Shown one piece after another: positions 1 through 9,350 of a stretch of 64,000 bases of DNA. Position 1 is the stretch's first letter, and every line of letters starts with the position of its first letter. A model generated the notes under the pieces. The model made no database searches. It had not been told where the DNA came from and worked only from the letters and a program-made list of their open reading frames with translations. Origin of the DNA: a virus (taxonomy: Duplodnaviria; Caudoviricetes); the IMG/VR virus record IMGVR_UViG_3300021426_000005; one strand, written 5' to 3'. Both the position numbers and the translations under genes were made by a program.

Positions 1-419
1 ATAGAGCTGTCTTCACGCTTGATCTTATATACAGACTCAAGATACTCCATTGCTTCGGAAATCTTATTCATAGTAGATTCATATACAGCTTTAGCATCTG
101 GTATCTTTTCAATCTCCGGAGGAATAATATACTTGAAGTTAGTATAATCCACATACCTTGTGGATTCCTGTAACCGTGTAGGGGCACCGCCGATATGTGT
201 ATACCACTCACGAATTACTTTTGCGGAATAGCCTTTAAGGACCATGTGAACATCTACGAATTCCAAAGTTCTGCCGTGTCCGGACTTGATACAATCCAAC
301 CCTCGTTGATAATTTGCTTTCGGATTAGATATATCTGCATGATAGCATATTCCAGCTCTACGTCCTATCAGAGATATAGGATCCTTAACTGTTTCCGGTA
401 AAATGATAACTTGTCCCAT
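1..419 (-). CDS. thyX: FAD-dependent thymidylate synthase (runs off the window; 3' end missing)
   Basis: Manual translation from ATG 419: MGQVIILPET...RAGICY...SGHGRTLEFV...THIGGAPTRLQESTRY, matching the ThyX GH-x-x-x-E and Q-x-S-x-RY motifs; absent from the ORF track. Confidence 0.85.
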   Translation of the reverse strand, partial: MGQVIILPETVKDPISLIGRRAGICYHADISNPKANYQRGLDCIKSGHGRTLEFVDVHMVLKGYSAKVIREWYTHIGGAPTRLQESTRYVDYTNFKYIIPPEIEKIPDAKAVYESTMNKISEAMEYLESVYKIKREDSS

Positions 420-434
420 TTGAATTCCTCACTT

Positions 435-1028
435 TCATATAATACCGTATGCAGTAGTTGGGTATACACTACAACGGAAAAACGGTTGATCTGATTTATC
501 TATATCTTCCATTAGAGAAAAGAAAGATTTGAAGTCCTCAATTTTTATGTCACGAACATTCCAGTCTACAGAAGGAAGAGCTTCAAACATCGGTCTGCCA
601 CCTTCGCCGTAATATTCCTTAGTATTTCGGTCATAATCAAAGCGATTTTCTTTGACCAGTACATCGAAATCTATACGACCTTCGTCTATGTATATAGACA
701 CTCTGTGTTCTTCCCAAAAACGGGTAGATTGTATATTCTTTGGAGATACCGCAATAATTCCTTCGTCTCTACCCTTAAACTCTGTAAGATCAACAAGATC
801 CTTAGCGAATATAGTTTCCCTTTCATCATTCGGAAGTCCTGCACCCGTAGCTTGTAATGCTAATACTGCTTTCTGTCTGTCACTTAATTCTAACGGAAAT
901 GTTTTATAAGCATCTAACACTTTTTGAACTAATTCCAGTGAAGCGACCGTATAAGCACTCCAATGATAATAAGAATTTGCAAGAATCTGCCCTTTGTTGA
1001 ATATCTCAATATTAAGTCTCTGTCCCAT
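435..1028 (-). CDS. hypothetical phage protein
   Basis: 197 aa ORF in operon, with a YYHWSAYT motif. Confidence 0.7.
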   Translation of the reverse strand: MGQRLNIEIFNKGQILANSYYHWSAYTVASLELVQKVLDAYKTFPLELSDRQKAVLALQATGAGLPNDERETIFAKDLVDLTEFKGRDEGIIAVSPKNIQSTRFWEEHRVSIYIDEGRIDFDVLVKENRFDYDRNTKEYYGEGGRPMFEALPSVDWNVRDIKIEDFKSFFSLMEDIDKSDQPFFRCSVYPTTAYGII

Positions 1029-1515
1029 TATACATATCCATTCCCTTCAGTGATATTTCCGGAGTATCATAAATATTCCCAATTACTTTTAACGTGTGTC
1101 CTATGAAGTCGCCTAAGTCTGCGTGTCTACTAAGGATTACATACTTTCTATTAAACGATGACATATCTTCCGGAATGATATAGTTATATACAAAGGCAGC
1201 TGACTTTGAATCATATCGGCATAAGTAATTGTCAGTAGCCTGGGAAACATCATTGTAAAATCGACTGATTTCTATGATGTCCCCCTCAAAGATCTTATTC
1301 TGTCCAGAATCCATGAAGCCAGTATACTGACCTACTGTTTCTGGATCAACATCTATGCCATCCACACCATCGGTATTTTTCATTGTTGCGAATACACCAT
1401 CACACAGGTTGGTTATAAGCCCATAAACCCAATCACCGTTTTTATAGTTAGTTCTATATTCACGGTTAGGGTACCTGTTTATGGCTTTACCTCTAAATAA
1501 TATCTCCCTACTCAT
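1012..1515 (-). CDS. YopX family protein
   Basis: REILFRGK...VGQYTG...KIFEGDI...VIGNIYD. Confidence 0.9.
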   Translation of the reverse strand: MSREILFRGKAINRYPNREYRTNYKNGDWVYGLITNLCDGVFATMKNTDGVDGIDVDPETVGQYTGFMDSGQNKIFEGDIIEISRFYNDVSQATDNYLCRYDSKSAAFVYNYIIPEDMSSFNRKYVILSRHADLGDFIGHTLKVIGNIYDTPEISLKGMDMYNGTET

Positions 1516-1518
1516 AAA

Positions 1519-1926
1519 TTATTCTCCTTCCGAGTTTTCATCTCCGATTAGCTCAGGGTTGTCATAGATGTTGCCGATGACTTCAACTTCAACTCCCTCT
1601 CTTACAAGGAAGCCAATAGATGTAACATCATATTCCGGCGTTTCGTATTCTACACAGAACGCTCCGTCTGAATAGTATACTTCGTTGCCTGAATAGTGTA
1701 TACCGTCATAATAGTCCTCAGATATTCTAACAACATCTCCCTCAAATATCTTAGTACCATTTTTATCAGTTAATCCTGTATACTGACACAGTGTATCTTC
1801 ATATATACACTCATGTCCATTACCAGCATATATCTGAGGAACATCGTACTGTTTTGCATAATGTCCGTATGTCCATTCTTTGGTTGCTTTTGTTTTAGCT
1901 CTAAATAATATTTCTCGCATACTCAC
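1519..1926 (-). CDS. YopX family protein
   Basis: REILFRAK...QYTGLTDKNGTKIFEGD...EVIGNIYDNPEL. Confidence 0.9.
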   Translation of the reverse strand: MSMREILFRAKTKATKEWTYGHYAKQYDVPQIYAGNGHECIYEDTLCQYTGLTDKNGTKIFEGDVVRISEDYYDGIHYSGNEVYYSDGAFCVEYETPEYDVTSIGFLVREGVEVEVIGNIYDNPELIGDENSEGE

Positions 1927-2321
1927 TTCTCCACCTTATTTATAAGATCAATAGCATCCTGCTTATGCTTCCAGACAAAGAATTCTTCATCCTCACAAAG
2001 GTTGTGATTTAGATGTTCACTAAAATGCTTGCAGTTCTTGCAAGCATAATCATGTTGACCACAGCTGTAGATATCATCCAAACCGAATGAATCCACAATA
2101 TTTATCAGTTCGGATAGATATTGCTTTGCAAGTTTAAGATCCTCAAATATTTCTTTAGGAACTTCCGAGACATTGCTTTTCGGCATATCTGCTATAGCTT
2201 CTACTATATTACTGCAAGTTTCAGCATCAAGAAACGGTTTCATCTTAGAAATTAACCTATATAGATTATCTTTTGATACATAACCATCTATATCTTTCAG
2301 CACATAATCCCCCCCTATCAT
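1923..2321 (-). CDS. hypothetical protein with Cys-rich C-terminus
   Basis: Coupled ORF; CxxC motif. Confidence 0.65.
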   Translation of the reverse strand: MIGGDYVLKDIDGYVSKDNLYRLISKMKPFLDAETCSNIVEAIADMPKSNVSEVPKEIFEDLKLAKQYLSELINIVDSFGLDDIYSCGQHDYACKNCKHFSEHLNHNLCEDEEFFVWKHKQDAIDLINKVEK

Positions 2322-2665
2322 TAGAATAATATCATTCCGTCTTTTTGAAATGCACCATTTAGAAGCATCTTATCTAAGCAATGACACATACGGATTTCTT
2401 TATCGGTACATTCACATTTCCCAAGAGTTATTTCAAAGGGGTCTCCTACTTTCGGATATACGAATATACGATATCCTTTTTCAAACAACTTGGTCGTGCA
2501 AAGGGAAACTTGTGTTGTCATAATCACAGGAAAATCAGCATCGATAGCCTCCTTTGTTTTGACATAGCTATGCAAGACAATTTGGCTATCGTCTATATTC
2601 ATATATAAATGGAAAGATTTATTCATACTACTCAACTCCTTTAGATGAAATGCAGCATTTATCAT
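2321..2665 (-). CDS. hypothetical protein
   Basis: Coupled ORF. Confidence 0.6.
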   Translation of the reverse strand: MINAAFHLKELSSMNKSFHLYMNIDDSQIVLHSYVKTKEAIDADFPVIMTTQVSLCTTKLFEKGYRIFVYPKVGDPFEITLGKCECTDKEIRMCHCLDKMLLNGAFQKDGMILF

Positions 2666-2892
2666 CTGATGTTCTCCCTATTGGGAATTGGCAACCATCC
2701 TTGTACATCTGTACTTTGCTTCATGTATGGACAGTCATTGTGCTTGATGACAAATATATCAGCGTGGTTATTTCTAATGAATACCCCTATATAACACACA
2801 TCATTATAAAGCACGATTACATCTGAATGGTTGCATTTCGGCAGTTCTCGCTTTGGGTCAATCCAATAGAGTTCTGATTCAAGCATAGTCAT
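2662..2892 (-). CDS. small phage protein (DUF551-like)
   Basis: WIDPKRELP...V.GWLPIP pattern. Confidence 0.55.
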   Translation of the reverse strand: MTMLESELYWIDPKRELPKCNHSDVIVLYNDVCYIGVFIRNNHADIFVIKHNDCPYMKQSTDVQGWLPIPNRENIR

Positions 2893-2961
2893 CCATCTTC
2901 TTCCTCCTAAAACACAACTTTTATCATAAAATAGGGCTAGATTTTGCCTATTCTACGTTGT

Positions 2962-3321
2962 TTATTTTTCGTCGTTTAACAGCTTTTTGGCTTCATCGGA
3001 GTAACGCCATCGATATGCAACATCACAGCCACCATCACCAGGACAACAGCAGCCATCTATTTGAGACTTCCACTTACAACATTCACAAACTAAACCGCCA
3101 TTGTAAACCTTGGCAACAGTAATGCTTAAATCCTCGACCGCCGCTTTCAGAAGTCTCTTTGCTTCATCATACTTCTCAGCTATCCCCATTCCCACCTTTG
3201 CAGAATTATTTAGAGCTTCTTCTGTTGCAAAGAAGTTATGTTCTGCAACCCACAGCAACTCTATAATCTGCGCCTTTGTTAGAGACATAAGATAACTATC
3301 ACTATATGCTTTATACCCCAT
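2962..3321 (-). CDS. hypothetical Cys-rich protein
   Basis: Paralogue of 3311..3673 (AKRLLKAAVED). Confidence 0.65.
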   Translation of the reverse strand: MGYKAYSDSYLMSLTKAQIIELLWVAEHNFFATEEALNNSAKVGMGIAEKYDEAKRLLKAAVEDLSITVAKVYNGGLVCECCKWKSQIDGCCCPGDGGCDVAYRWRYSDEAKKLLNDEK

Positions 3322-3673
3322 TTAATTCATCTCCTATCAGCTTTAAGACCGCATCTGTGTAATGCCACTTAAACTTTTTATCGCAGGATATACTGTATCT
3401 TTTGGCACACACTTTGCAAGTATCAAATCTATGACAAAAATTGTTAGAGTTGACATCCTCAACCGCCGATTTCAGAAGTCCTTTAGCTTTCTCAAGTTCC
3501 TTGATAGCCGATATTCCTGTACTTAATGCTGTGTAGACCTCTTCCTCAGTAAACGTCAGCTTGGATTCGCATGAGGGACGAAGATTATCAAGGATCATAA
3601 TTGTTGTATCTATGGCTTCGGATTCAAGCTGATCGTTGTAAATTTTTGCTTCTTCATCTGTTAGATCACGCAT
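3311..3673 (-). CDS. hypothetical Cys-rich protein
   Basis: AKGLLKSAVED...CKVC; GGAGG RBS. Confidence 0.65.
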   Translation of the reverse strand: MRDLTDEEAKIYNDQLESEAIDTTIMILDNLRPSCESKLTFTEEEVYTALSTGISAIKELEKAKGLLKSAVEDVNSNNFCHRFDTCKVCAKRYSISCDKKFKWHYTDAVLKLIGDELNGV

Positions 3674-3705
3674 TTTTCAGCCTCCTTGTGTCTTTAGATA
3701 CATAA

Positions 3706-4146
3706 TCATCCATTTTCAGCACTATCTTCCATAAGAAGAGTCCAAACAACATCTTGTATAAAAGCATCAAGATCGATAAAATCTGTTGTGTACCAATCTT
3801 CAGAGGATCTTGTATCATACATAGAAGTAAACACTATTGTATTTTCTCTATCCGGACTATCAGGATCTATACCTGCTTCATACTCCTGCCAGGTGAGATT
3901 AAGTTCTCTGAATTCCTTGATGTTCTTCATCAGTTCATCGATAAACTGATATAAGTCATCACGATTCTCAAACTCATGTGTCTTAAATTCGGGATCACGC
4001 TTTATAGGTGTGTCAAACACGCTATCTATATGACTATTGACACGTTCCATTATAACATCAACTTTTCTCGGCTGATGCTTAGGAGCTAGTCTGTACAGCC
4101 ACATAGCAATGTGGCCTACCATTGTAGTGTTAGTTATCAGAATCAT
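3706..4146 (-). CDS. hypothetical protein
   Basis: ORF with AGGAGG RBS. Confidence 0.65.
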   Translation of the reverse strand: MILITNTTMVGHIAMWLYRLAPKHQPRKVDVIMERVNSHIDSVFDTPIKRDPEFKTHEFENRDDLYQFIDELMKNIKEFRELNLTWQEYEAGIDPDSPDRENTIVFTSMYDTRSSEDWYTTDFIDLDAFIQDVVWTLLMEDSAENG

Positions 4147-4200
4147 CTTTTCCTCCTTATAGTATACCGTTTCTGAGATTTCTTAGTGGTTGATTTCCTC

Positions 4201-4425
4201 TCAACCATTTATTTCAAGCTCCATGAGCTTTTCCATGTACCAATCAGCTTTATCCAGATCTTCCTGACCGTTCTTTCTGGTTGCCCGATAACGGTACTTG
4301 TAGACGTTGCATTTACAAAATGCCTTGACAGCTTCTATGCCGAACAAAGCAAGCATTTCATCGATACACTCATGCTTGCCCTGATAATGATCAGGGTGGT
4401 TTACGTTGTCTTTCATATCATTCAT
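4201..4425 (-). CDS. DUF3310 family protein
   Basis: VNHPDHY...ECID...KYRYRA..KNG.EDL.KA.WY. Confidence 0.85.
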   Translation of the reverse strand: MNDMKDNVNHPDHYQGKHECIDEMLALFGIEAVKAFCKCNVYKYRYRATRKNGQEDLDKADWYMEKLMELEING

Positions 4426-4633
4426 TTATATCACCTTCCGATTTAATAATATTTTTAATCATAGCCCCACAGTTAGGGCAACATACCCAGTCTGTGACTT
4501 CATTCTTGTGTCTGCCGGTTCTGCAATTGGAACAATATACACCTTGTCCTATGTAAGTTTGAACTTCTCCGGCATCATCCAGCCGCTTATAGTCACACTT
4601 GACCCAATGTGCAGACTTGTTTAGAGTTTCCAC
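4418..4633 (-). CDS. small zinc-ribbon protein
   Basis: CSNC...CPNCGA. Confidence 0.65.
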   Translation of the reverse strand: METLNKSAHWVKCDYKRLDDAGEVQTYIGQGVYCSNCRTGRHKNEVTDWVCCPNCGAMIKNIIKSEGDINE

Positions 4634-4650
4634 TTCTACTTCCCCCCAAA

Positions 4651-5253
4651 TCAGTGATTTGTTTTAGACCAATGCTTCTTATGCTCTTCTGATAATAAAA
4701 TTTCATCCATTACAGGCTTCAATTCTGATAAGTTATAAGATGATCCACATATAATTATAGAATGTTCAGCTTGATAATACCCAAGTGCAATTTTACCATA
4801 ATTGACCATCGGCATAAGTTCAGTCGTGATTCTCTTAACAACAGGGACAGTCATGTGGAATACATAATCGCTATCAGTTGTAAATTCAATCCATCTAGTG
4901 TACTGTTCATAACCTTCGTAGCTCATATTAAATATTTCAAGAACTTCGACCTGAAAGACCTTTTTAAGTATAGCTACAAGATGTTCATATGCTTCTTTCT
5001 CAGGATACTTCCTACGCTTATCATACTTATTTGCCTTTATAGAAAGCCATTTCTGTGCATCATTAAAATAATAATCAGCCCAGAAATAATCAACGTTTCT
5101 TCTGATTGTATAAGCTATATCTTCATCTGCAAGCTGACTTAATCTCTGATGTCTTTCTAACTTCTTATGCTCATAAGCAGATAGTTCTAAAGCATCCGCT
5201 ATAGCTTTTGCACCATCTGGTTTTATCCCATTATACATATTATCTTCAGCCAT
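4651..5253 (-). CDS. hypothetical protein
   Basis: 200 aa ORF in operon. Confidence 0.65.
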   Translation of the reverse strand: MAEDNMYNGIKPDGAKAIADALELSAYEHKKLERHQRLSQLADEDIAYTIRRNVDYFWADYYFNDAQKWLSIKANKYDKRRKYPEKEAYEHLVAILKKVFQVEVLEIFNMSYEGYEQYTRWIEFTTDSDYVFHMTVPVVKRITTELMPMVNYGKIALGYYQAEHSIIICGSSYNLSELKPVMDEILLSEEHKKHWSKTNH

Positions 5254-5532
5254 TTACTCCGCCCCCATAGCTCCAAAATCAACACTTCTTGTGTATTCAT
5301 CATCATGATAATAGGCAAATGACTTGACTAAGCAATGGCAAAAACCACGTCCACCACTGAAAGGGCATTCATGACAGCGGAACACCAAATCATTTGATTC
5401 TGTAGTCTGCTTGACGTTCATGCACCAATTCTTAGTGAAATGGTTTAATCCGTCTATAGCAGCGTGGATATCATCTGAGTTTCCGTCTGTATAGTTTCCA
5501 GTGATTCTTATTCTGTCCTTCTTTGTATCCAT
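5254..5532 (-). CDS. hypothetical Cys-containing protein
   Basis: Start moved to MDTKK, which follows an AAGGAGG RBS. Confidence 0.6.
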   Translation of the reverse strand: MDTKKDRIRITGNYTDGNSDDIHAAIDGLNHFTKNWCMNVKQTTESNDLVFRCHECPFSGGRGFCHCLVKSFAYYHDDEYTRSVDFGAMGAE

Positions 5533-5572
5533 AATTACCTCCTTATATGGATTATGTTCGCTTATATTCAAG

Positions 5573-5986
5573 TCAGTCTGGTGGAGCTGCCGCAAATGTT
5601 ATAGCGTGTTCTGAAAAAGTGGTGCGACATCCGGAACAGATACGCCGATTCATGTTTTCAAAATCCATATTCATCTTATTCCACTCTTCATCAGAATATG
5701 GTTTGAAGTTGAGTTTCAAAGTGTCCCTGTCTACAATCACATCAATAATACTGCCATCATAGCATCGAACCTGTAATCTAACCTCATTCGCATTTATTCG
5801 TTCTACAAATGTACACGTTGCATCAACTTCCTCATGGCTATTTGATTCGTGTACTTCTGCATGAGCTTTGTTAGGTTGAATGTCAGACTGAATGTCAATT
5901 TGCACATCTGCAAGAAATTCAGGGTTATCCTCAAGAACTATCCGTATCTTATCTAATTCTTCTTTACTACCGGTTATTCTTACCAT
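5573..5986 (-). CDS. hypothetical protein
   Basis: AGGAGG RBS. Confidence 0.6.
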   Translation of the reverse strand: MVRITGSKEELDKIRIVLEDNPEFLADVQIDIQSDIQPNKAHAEVHESNSHEEVDATCTFVERINANEVRLQVRCYDGSIIDVIVDRDTLKLNFKPYSDEEWNKMNMDFENMNRRICSGCRTTFSEHAITFAAAPPD

Positions 5987-6006
5987 AATTACCTCCTACC
6001 AACCGC

Positions 6007-6285
6007 TCAGAAGTATTCCGACTTTTCATTCACAGTCCAGCCACTGTGACGAAATTCTTCTATAAATGAAGCTGCCGCTCTTGGAATTCTGACAGCCGTA
6101 TTATTATGATATGCACCATGAGTATTCGCAAAAGCGATTATAGTATCTACAGCTTCTTTGTCTGTAGTGAATGCCGGGATTTCGACTTCTGCAATATTTC
6201 TACCGAATTCGTCATACAATCTAACGAAAAATCCATTTAGAATTGAATACTCCATGACATATAAATAGAAATGTGAATCTGCCAT
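6007..6285 (-). CDS. hypothetical protein
   Basis: ORF in operon. Confidence 0.6.
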   Translation of the reverse strand: MADSHFYLYVMEYSILNGFFVRLYDEFGRNIAEVEIPAFTTDKEAVDTIIAFANTHGAYHNNTAVRIPRAAASFIEEFRHSGWTVNEKSEYF

Positions 6286-6287
6286 AA

Positions 6288-6824
6288 CTACACTTCCTCA
6301 GAATCATTCAGAGATTTTCTCAGTATACTACCATCTGTACGATGTAGTTCCATTTCACGTTCTAAGTATGTAGTTAATTCAGTCCTTAGAAAATATACTG
6401 TCGAATCCAAAACCACATCATATCCAACTATGCAGTTAATCTTCTTCGCCAAAAGATCGACTATTTCATGAGTTTCAGTAAATGACAATGACGGAAATTC
6501 AAGTTTAACTGTGATTGGTTCAGTCAATGACTGTTCACAATATCCTACAAGCACTTGAAATAGCTGTTGTCTGATAACTGTAGGAGCTTCAACTTCCCAA
6601 GCCTTCTGTTTATTGTAGAGTTGTAGTAATTCTACTGAATTTGAATCGAATGTACCTTTATATGCGGACATTTCAACTAATTCAGGTATCCGATGATACA
6701 TAATATTATCAACTTCATTGTTGCATCTAACTATGAAATCATGACAAGCATCTTGCAGCTGTTCTTTTGTACAAGTCCACTTCTTAGATGGATGTTCATT
6801 CAACTTACAATACTCAATACTCAT
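6288..6824 (-). CDS. hypothetical protein
   Basis: ORF with AAGGAG RBS. Confidence 0.65.
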   Translation of the reverse strand: MSIEYCKLNEHPSKKWTCTKEQLQDACHDFIVRCNNEVDNIMYHRIPELVEMSAYKGTFDSNSVELLQLYNKQKAWEVEAPTVIRQQLFQVLVGYCEQSLTEPITVKLEFPSLSFTETHEIVDLLAKKINCIVGYDVVLDSTVYFLRTELTTYLEREMELHRTDGSILRKSLNDSEEV

Positions 6825-6836
6825 TCTGACAACTCC

Positions 6837-7217
6837 TTATAACGAGAGATCAAAGCGATACTGCGGATCTGCCGTAACCATTTCTTGATAAAATCTATTG
6901 AAAATTTGCAATATCTGCGCATCGTTTAGACCGGTACACACTGTATCAAAACCATTCCTGGTGATGCTGAACGGACATGACTTACATTCATGATGATCAC
7001 AAAAAGCTCGATAGCAATGGTCACTAAGCCAGTATATGAAATCCGTACTTACAGTATTTTCATCATCGACCGAAGAAAACAGCTTCGACCCACACTGATG
7101 ACAAAAATTCATTCCATACTGCAAGCTATCGCCATTTTGATAAAATGGTACATCTAGTGTAACCCCACACTTTGGACATTTTACTTTAGCAGTGCCTATT
7201 CCTACCATCAATCTCAC
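6837..7217 (-). CDS. zinc-finger protein
   Basis: CPKC, CHQC, CKSC. Confidence 0.6.
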   Translation of the reverse strand: MRLMVGIGTAKVKCPKCGVTLDVPFYQNGDSLQYGMNFCHQCGSKLFSSVDDENTVSTDFIYWLSDHCYRAFCDHHECKSCPFSITRNGFDTVCTGLNDAQILQIFNRFYQEMVTADPQYRFDLSL

Positions 7218-7219
7218 CC

Positions 7220-7318
7220 CTATTCATCTAAATGGTCATTCTTAGTCGAAACCAAAGCAAGTATTGCAATACCGAAAACGGTACCGCCTACAAATGAAGC
7301 AAAACAAGCTAGGATCAT
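7220..7318 (-). CDS. small membrane protein (32 aa)
   Basis: Manual translation MILACFASFVGGTVFGIAILALVSTKNDHLDE. Confidence 0.5.
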   Translation of the reverse strand: MILACFASFVGGTVFGIAILALVSTKNDHLDE

Positions 7319-7319
7319 A

Positions 7320-7439
7320 TTAAACACCACCCTTTGAATTCCTTAATATAATGGCTGTAAGCCGGTTATAGTGTTCTTCCTTGATTTGACCTGTTGTCAG
7401 TAAATACTTAGCCCAGGCTTCAAAAATTTGCTGTTTCAC
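7320..7439 (-). CDS. small SHOCT-like protein (39 aa), divergent from the recombinase
   Basis: GGGAG RBS; GTG start; MKQQIFEAWAKYLLTTGQIKEEHYNRL... Confidence 0.5.
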   Translation of the reverse strand: MKQQIFEAWAKYLLTTGQIKEEHYNRLTAIILRNSKGGV

Positions 7440-7514
7440 AAAATCACTCCCTATGAAAGTCTTGACTAGGATAGCCTATTCTATACTATCTATAACGATT
7501 TGTGATTTTCCCTA

Positions 7515-7543
7515 TTGACAAACTAATCACGGTATTGTATAAT
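7515..7543 (+). promoter_or_regulatory. sigma70/SigA-type promoter of the recombinase
   Basis: TTGACA-17 nt-TATAAT, perfect consensus. Confidence 0.85.
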
Positions 7544-7563
7544 TGATATAGGGTGGTGATAAA

Positions 7564-9315
7564 ATGGATATTTATAATATCGCTAATGAACTGAAACTTT
7601 CTCATAAGACCATTCATGATATTCCGCTTAGAGTAACATTCTATGCTAGGGTTTCTACTACAAGAGAAGAACAAGAAGGCTCTATAGAGCATCAGATCAG
7701 CTTCTTTACTGAAATGATCCAGAATAATCATAATTGGACGTTTATTCCGGGTTATGTGGATAGGATCAGAGGGGAATCCGCATCTAACCGTGAAAACTTC
7801 ATGCGTATGATTGAAGATGGGAAGAATGATAAATTCGATTTAATCCTGACGAAAGAGGTTTCCAGATTTGCAAGAAACACAATTGACAGCTTAACTTATA
7901 CTAGAGAGCTATTACGCTGCGGTGTAGGTGTATTCTTCCAGAATGACGGAATTTGCACCATTGATACTGATAGTGAACTGAGACTAACTATCATGTCAAG
8001 TATAGCAGCTGATGAAGTCAGAAAGCTCTCAGAGCGTGTACATTGGGGACAGAAACGTTCAATTGAGAACGGTAGGGTCATGGGTAACAACCGTATGTAT
8101 GGCTATCACAAGTCCGACTGCAAATTAGTCATAGATGAAGCTGAAGCTGAAATGGTCAGACTGATATACCAACTATATGCTACCGGAGATTATAGCACCC
8201 GGAAAATAGAAAAAATCCTCTACGAAAGAGGATTTAGAAGCCGGAGCGGTACTAAAATTTTTCATGGGGTAATATCTGGAATAATTCAGAATCCTAAATA
8301 CAAAGGATATTACTGTGGAAATAAGGTCCGAATAGTAGACTACAGAACAAAACAGCAGAAGTTTCTTCCGGAAGAGGACTGGATCATATACAAAGACGAA
8401 ACCGGTGAAGTTGTTCCAGCTATAGTTTCAGAAGAACTCTGGGATAAGGCGAATGCAGTCTTCCAGGAAAGAAGTCAGGCTATTAAGGTAAGAGGGAGAT
8501 CTTTCAAAGATAAAAGTCCATTGACCGGAAAGATCTGGTGCGGAGCTGACGGAAGTGCCTATTGGAGAACGAGCTATTCCAACAGCATCAAGATGGGAAG
8601 CCCAATTTACCAATGGGTATGTAGTTCAAAGAAAAAGGACGGTGCAGCTTCTTGTAAATCATTTGCTTTAATGGAATGGGAAGTATACTACATCTTATCA
8701 AATACATTCAAATCACTAGTAGATGATATAGATACTTATGTATCAGAATTTCTTGAACTCCTAAAAGCTACAGATCCTACCAAAGATGTACAGAAAGATA
8801 TACTAGCACTAACAGCAAAAATTGATCAATGTAAAACAAAGAAAGATAAACTATTAGAAATATATATGGACGATGCTATATCTAAAGCTGAGTTCAAAGC
8901 TAAAAATGATGATTTCAATAGAAAGATTGAAGAATATGAAGGCGAAATCAATGACCTCAAGGAATTGAAATCCGACACAGCTATGACAAGCCGTAAGCTC
9001 CATGAGATTGAAAAGTCTATCAAGGGCATATATCAATCAGATGATGAAGTAATTCCGAAAGCTCAGTTGGACGACCTGATAAAGACTGTACTGGATAAAA
9101 TAGAAGTTTATCCTGATACTGAGGATTCAATGATTCTTAAAATCTTCCTAAAAACTGGGTCAGAAACATCAGTAACTCATTCAAAAGACTTGCGTTGTTC
9201 TGGACACATCAAACATATGATTAAGCCACAACAACAATACATATTCAAAAGAAATTCTATAAAAAGACAGCATCATGAATTCCAAATCAGATATGATGCT
9301 GAAATATACATATAA
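7564..9315 (+). CDS. large serine recombinase/integrase
   Basis: YARVST catalytic motif, KEVSRFARN, recombinase domain (NPKYKG, PAIVSEELW), zinc ribbon, coiled coil. Confidence 0.93.
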   Translation: MDIYNIANELKLSHKTIHDIPLRVTFYARVSTTREEQEGSIEHQISFFTEMIQNNHNWTFIPGYVDRIRGESASNRENFMRMIEDGKNDKFDLILTKEVSRFARNTIDSLTYTRELLRCGVGVFFQNDGICTIDTDSELRLTIMSSIAADEVRKLSERVHWGQKRSIENGRVMGNNRMYGYHKSDCKLVIDEAEAEMVRLIYQLYATGDYSTRKIEKILYERGFRSRSGTKIFHGVISGIIQNPKYKGYYCGNKVRIVDYRTKQQKFLPEEDWIIYKDETGEVVPAIVSEELWDKANAVFQERSQAIKVRGRSFKDKSPLTGKIWCGADGSAYWRTSYSNSIKMGSPIYQWVCSSKKKDGAASCKSFALMEWEVYYILSNTFKSLVDDIDTYVSEFLELLKATDPTKDVQKDILALTAKIDQCKTKKDKLLEIYMDDAISKAEFKAKNDDFNRKIEEYEGEINDLKELKSDTAMTSRKLHEIEKSIKGIYQSDDEVIPKAQLDDLIKTVLDKIEVYPDTEDSMILKIFLKTGSETSVTHSKDLRCSGHIKHMIKPQQQYIFKRNSIKRQHHEFQIRYDAEIYI

Positions 9316-9318
9316 AAT

Positions 9319-9346
9319 AAGGCTGGGATCAGTAAGTCCCAGCCTT
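9319..9346. terminator. hairpin terminator between convergent genes
   Basis: AAGGCTGGGA-loop-TCCCAGCCTT. Confidence 0.75.
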
Positions 9347-9350
9347 TAGT

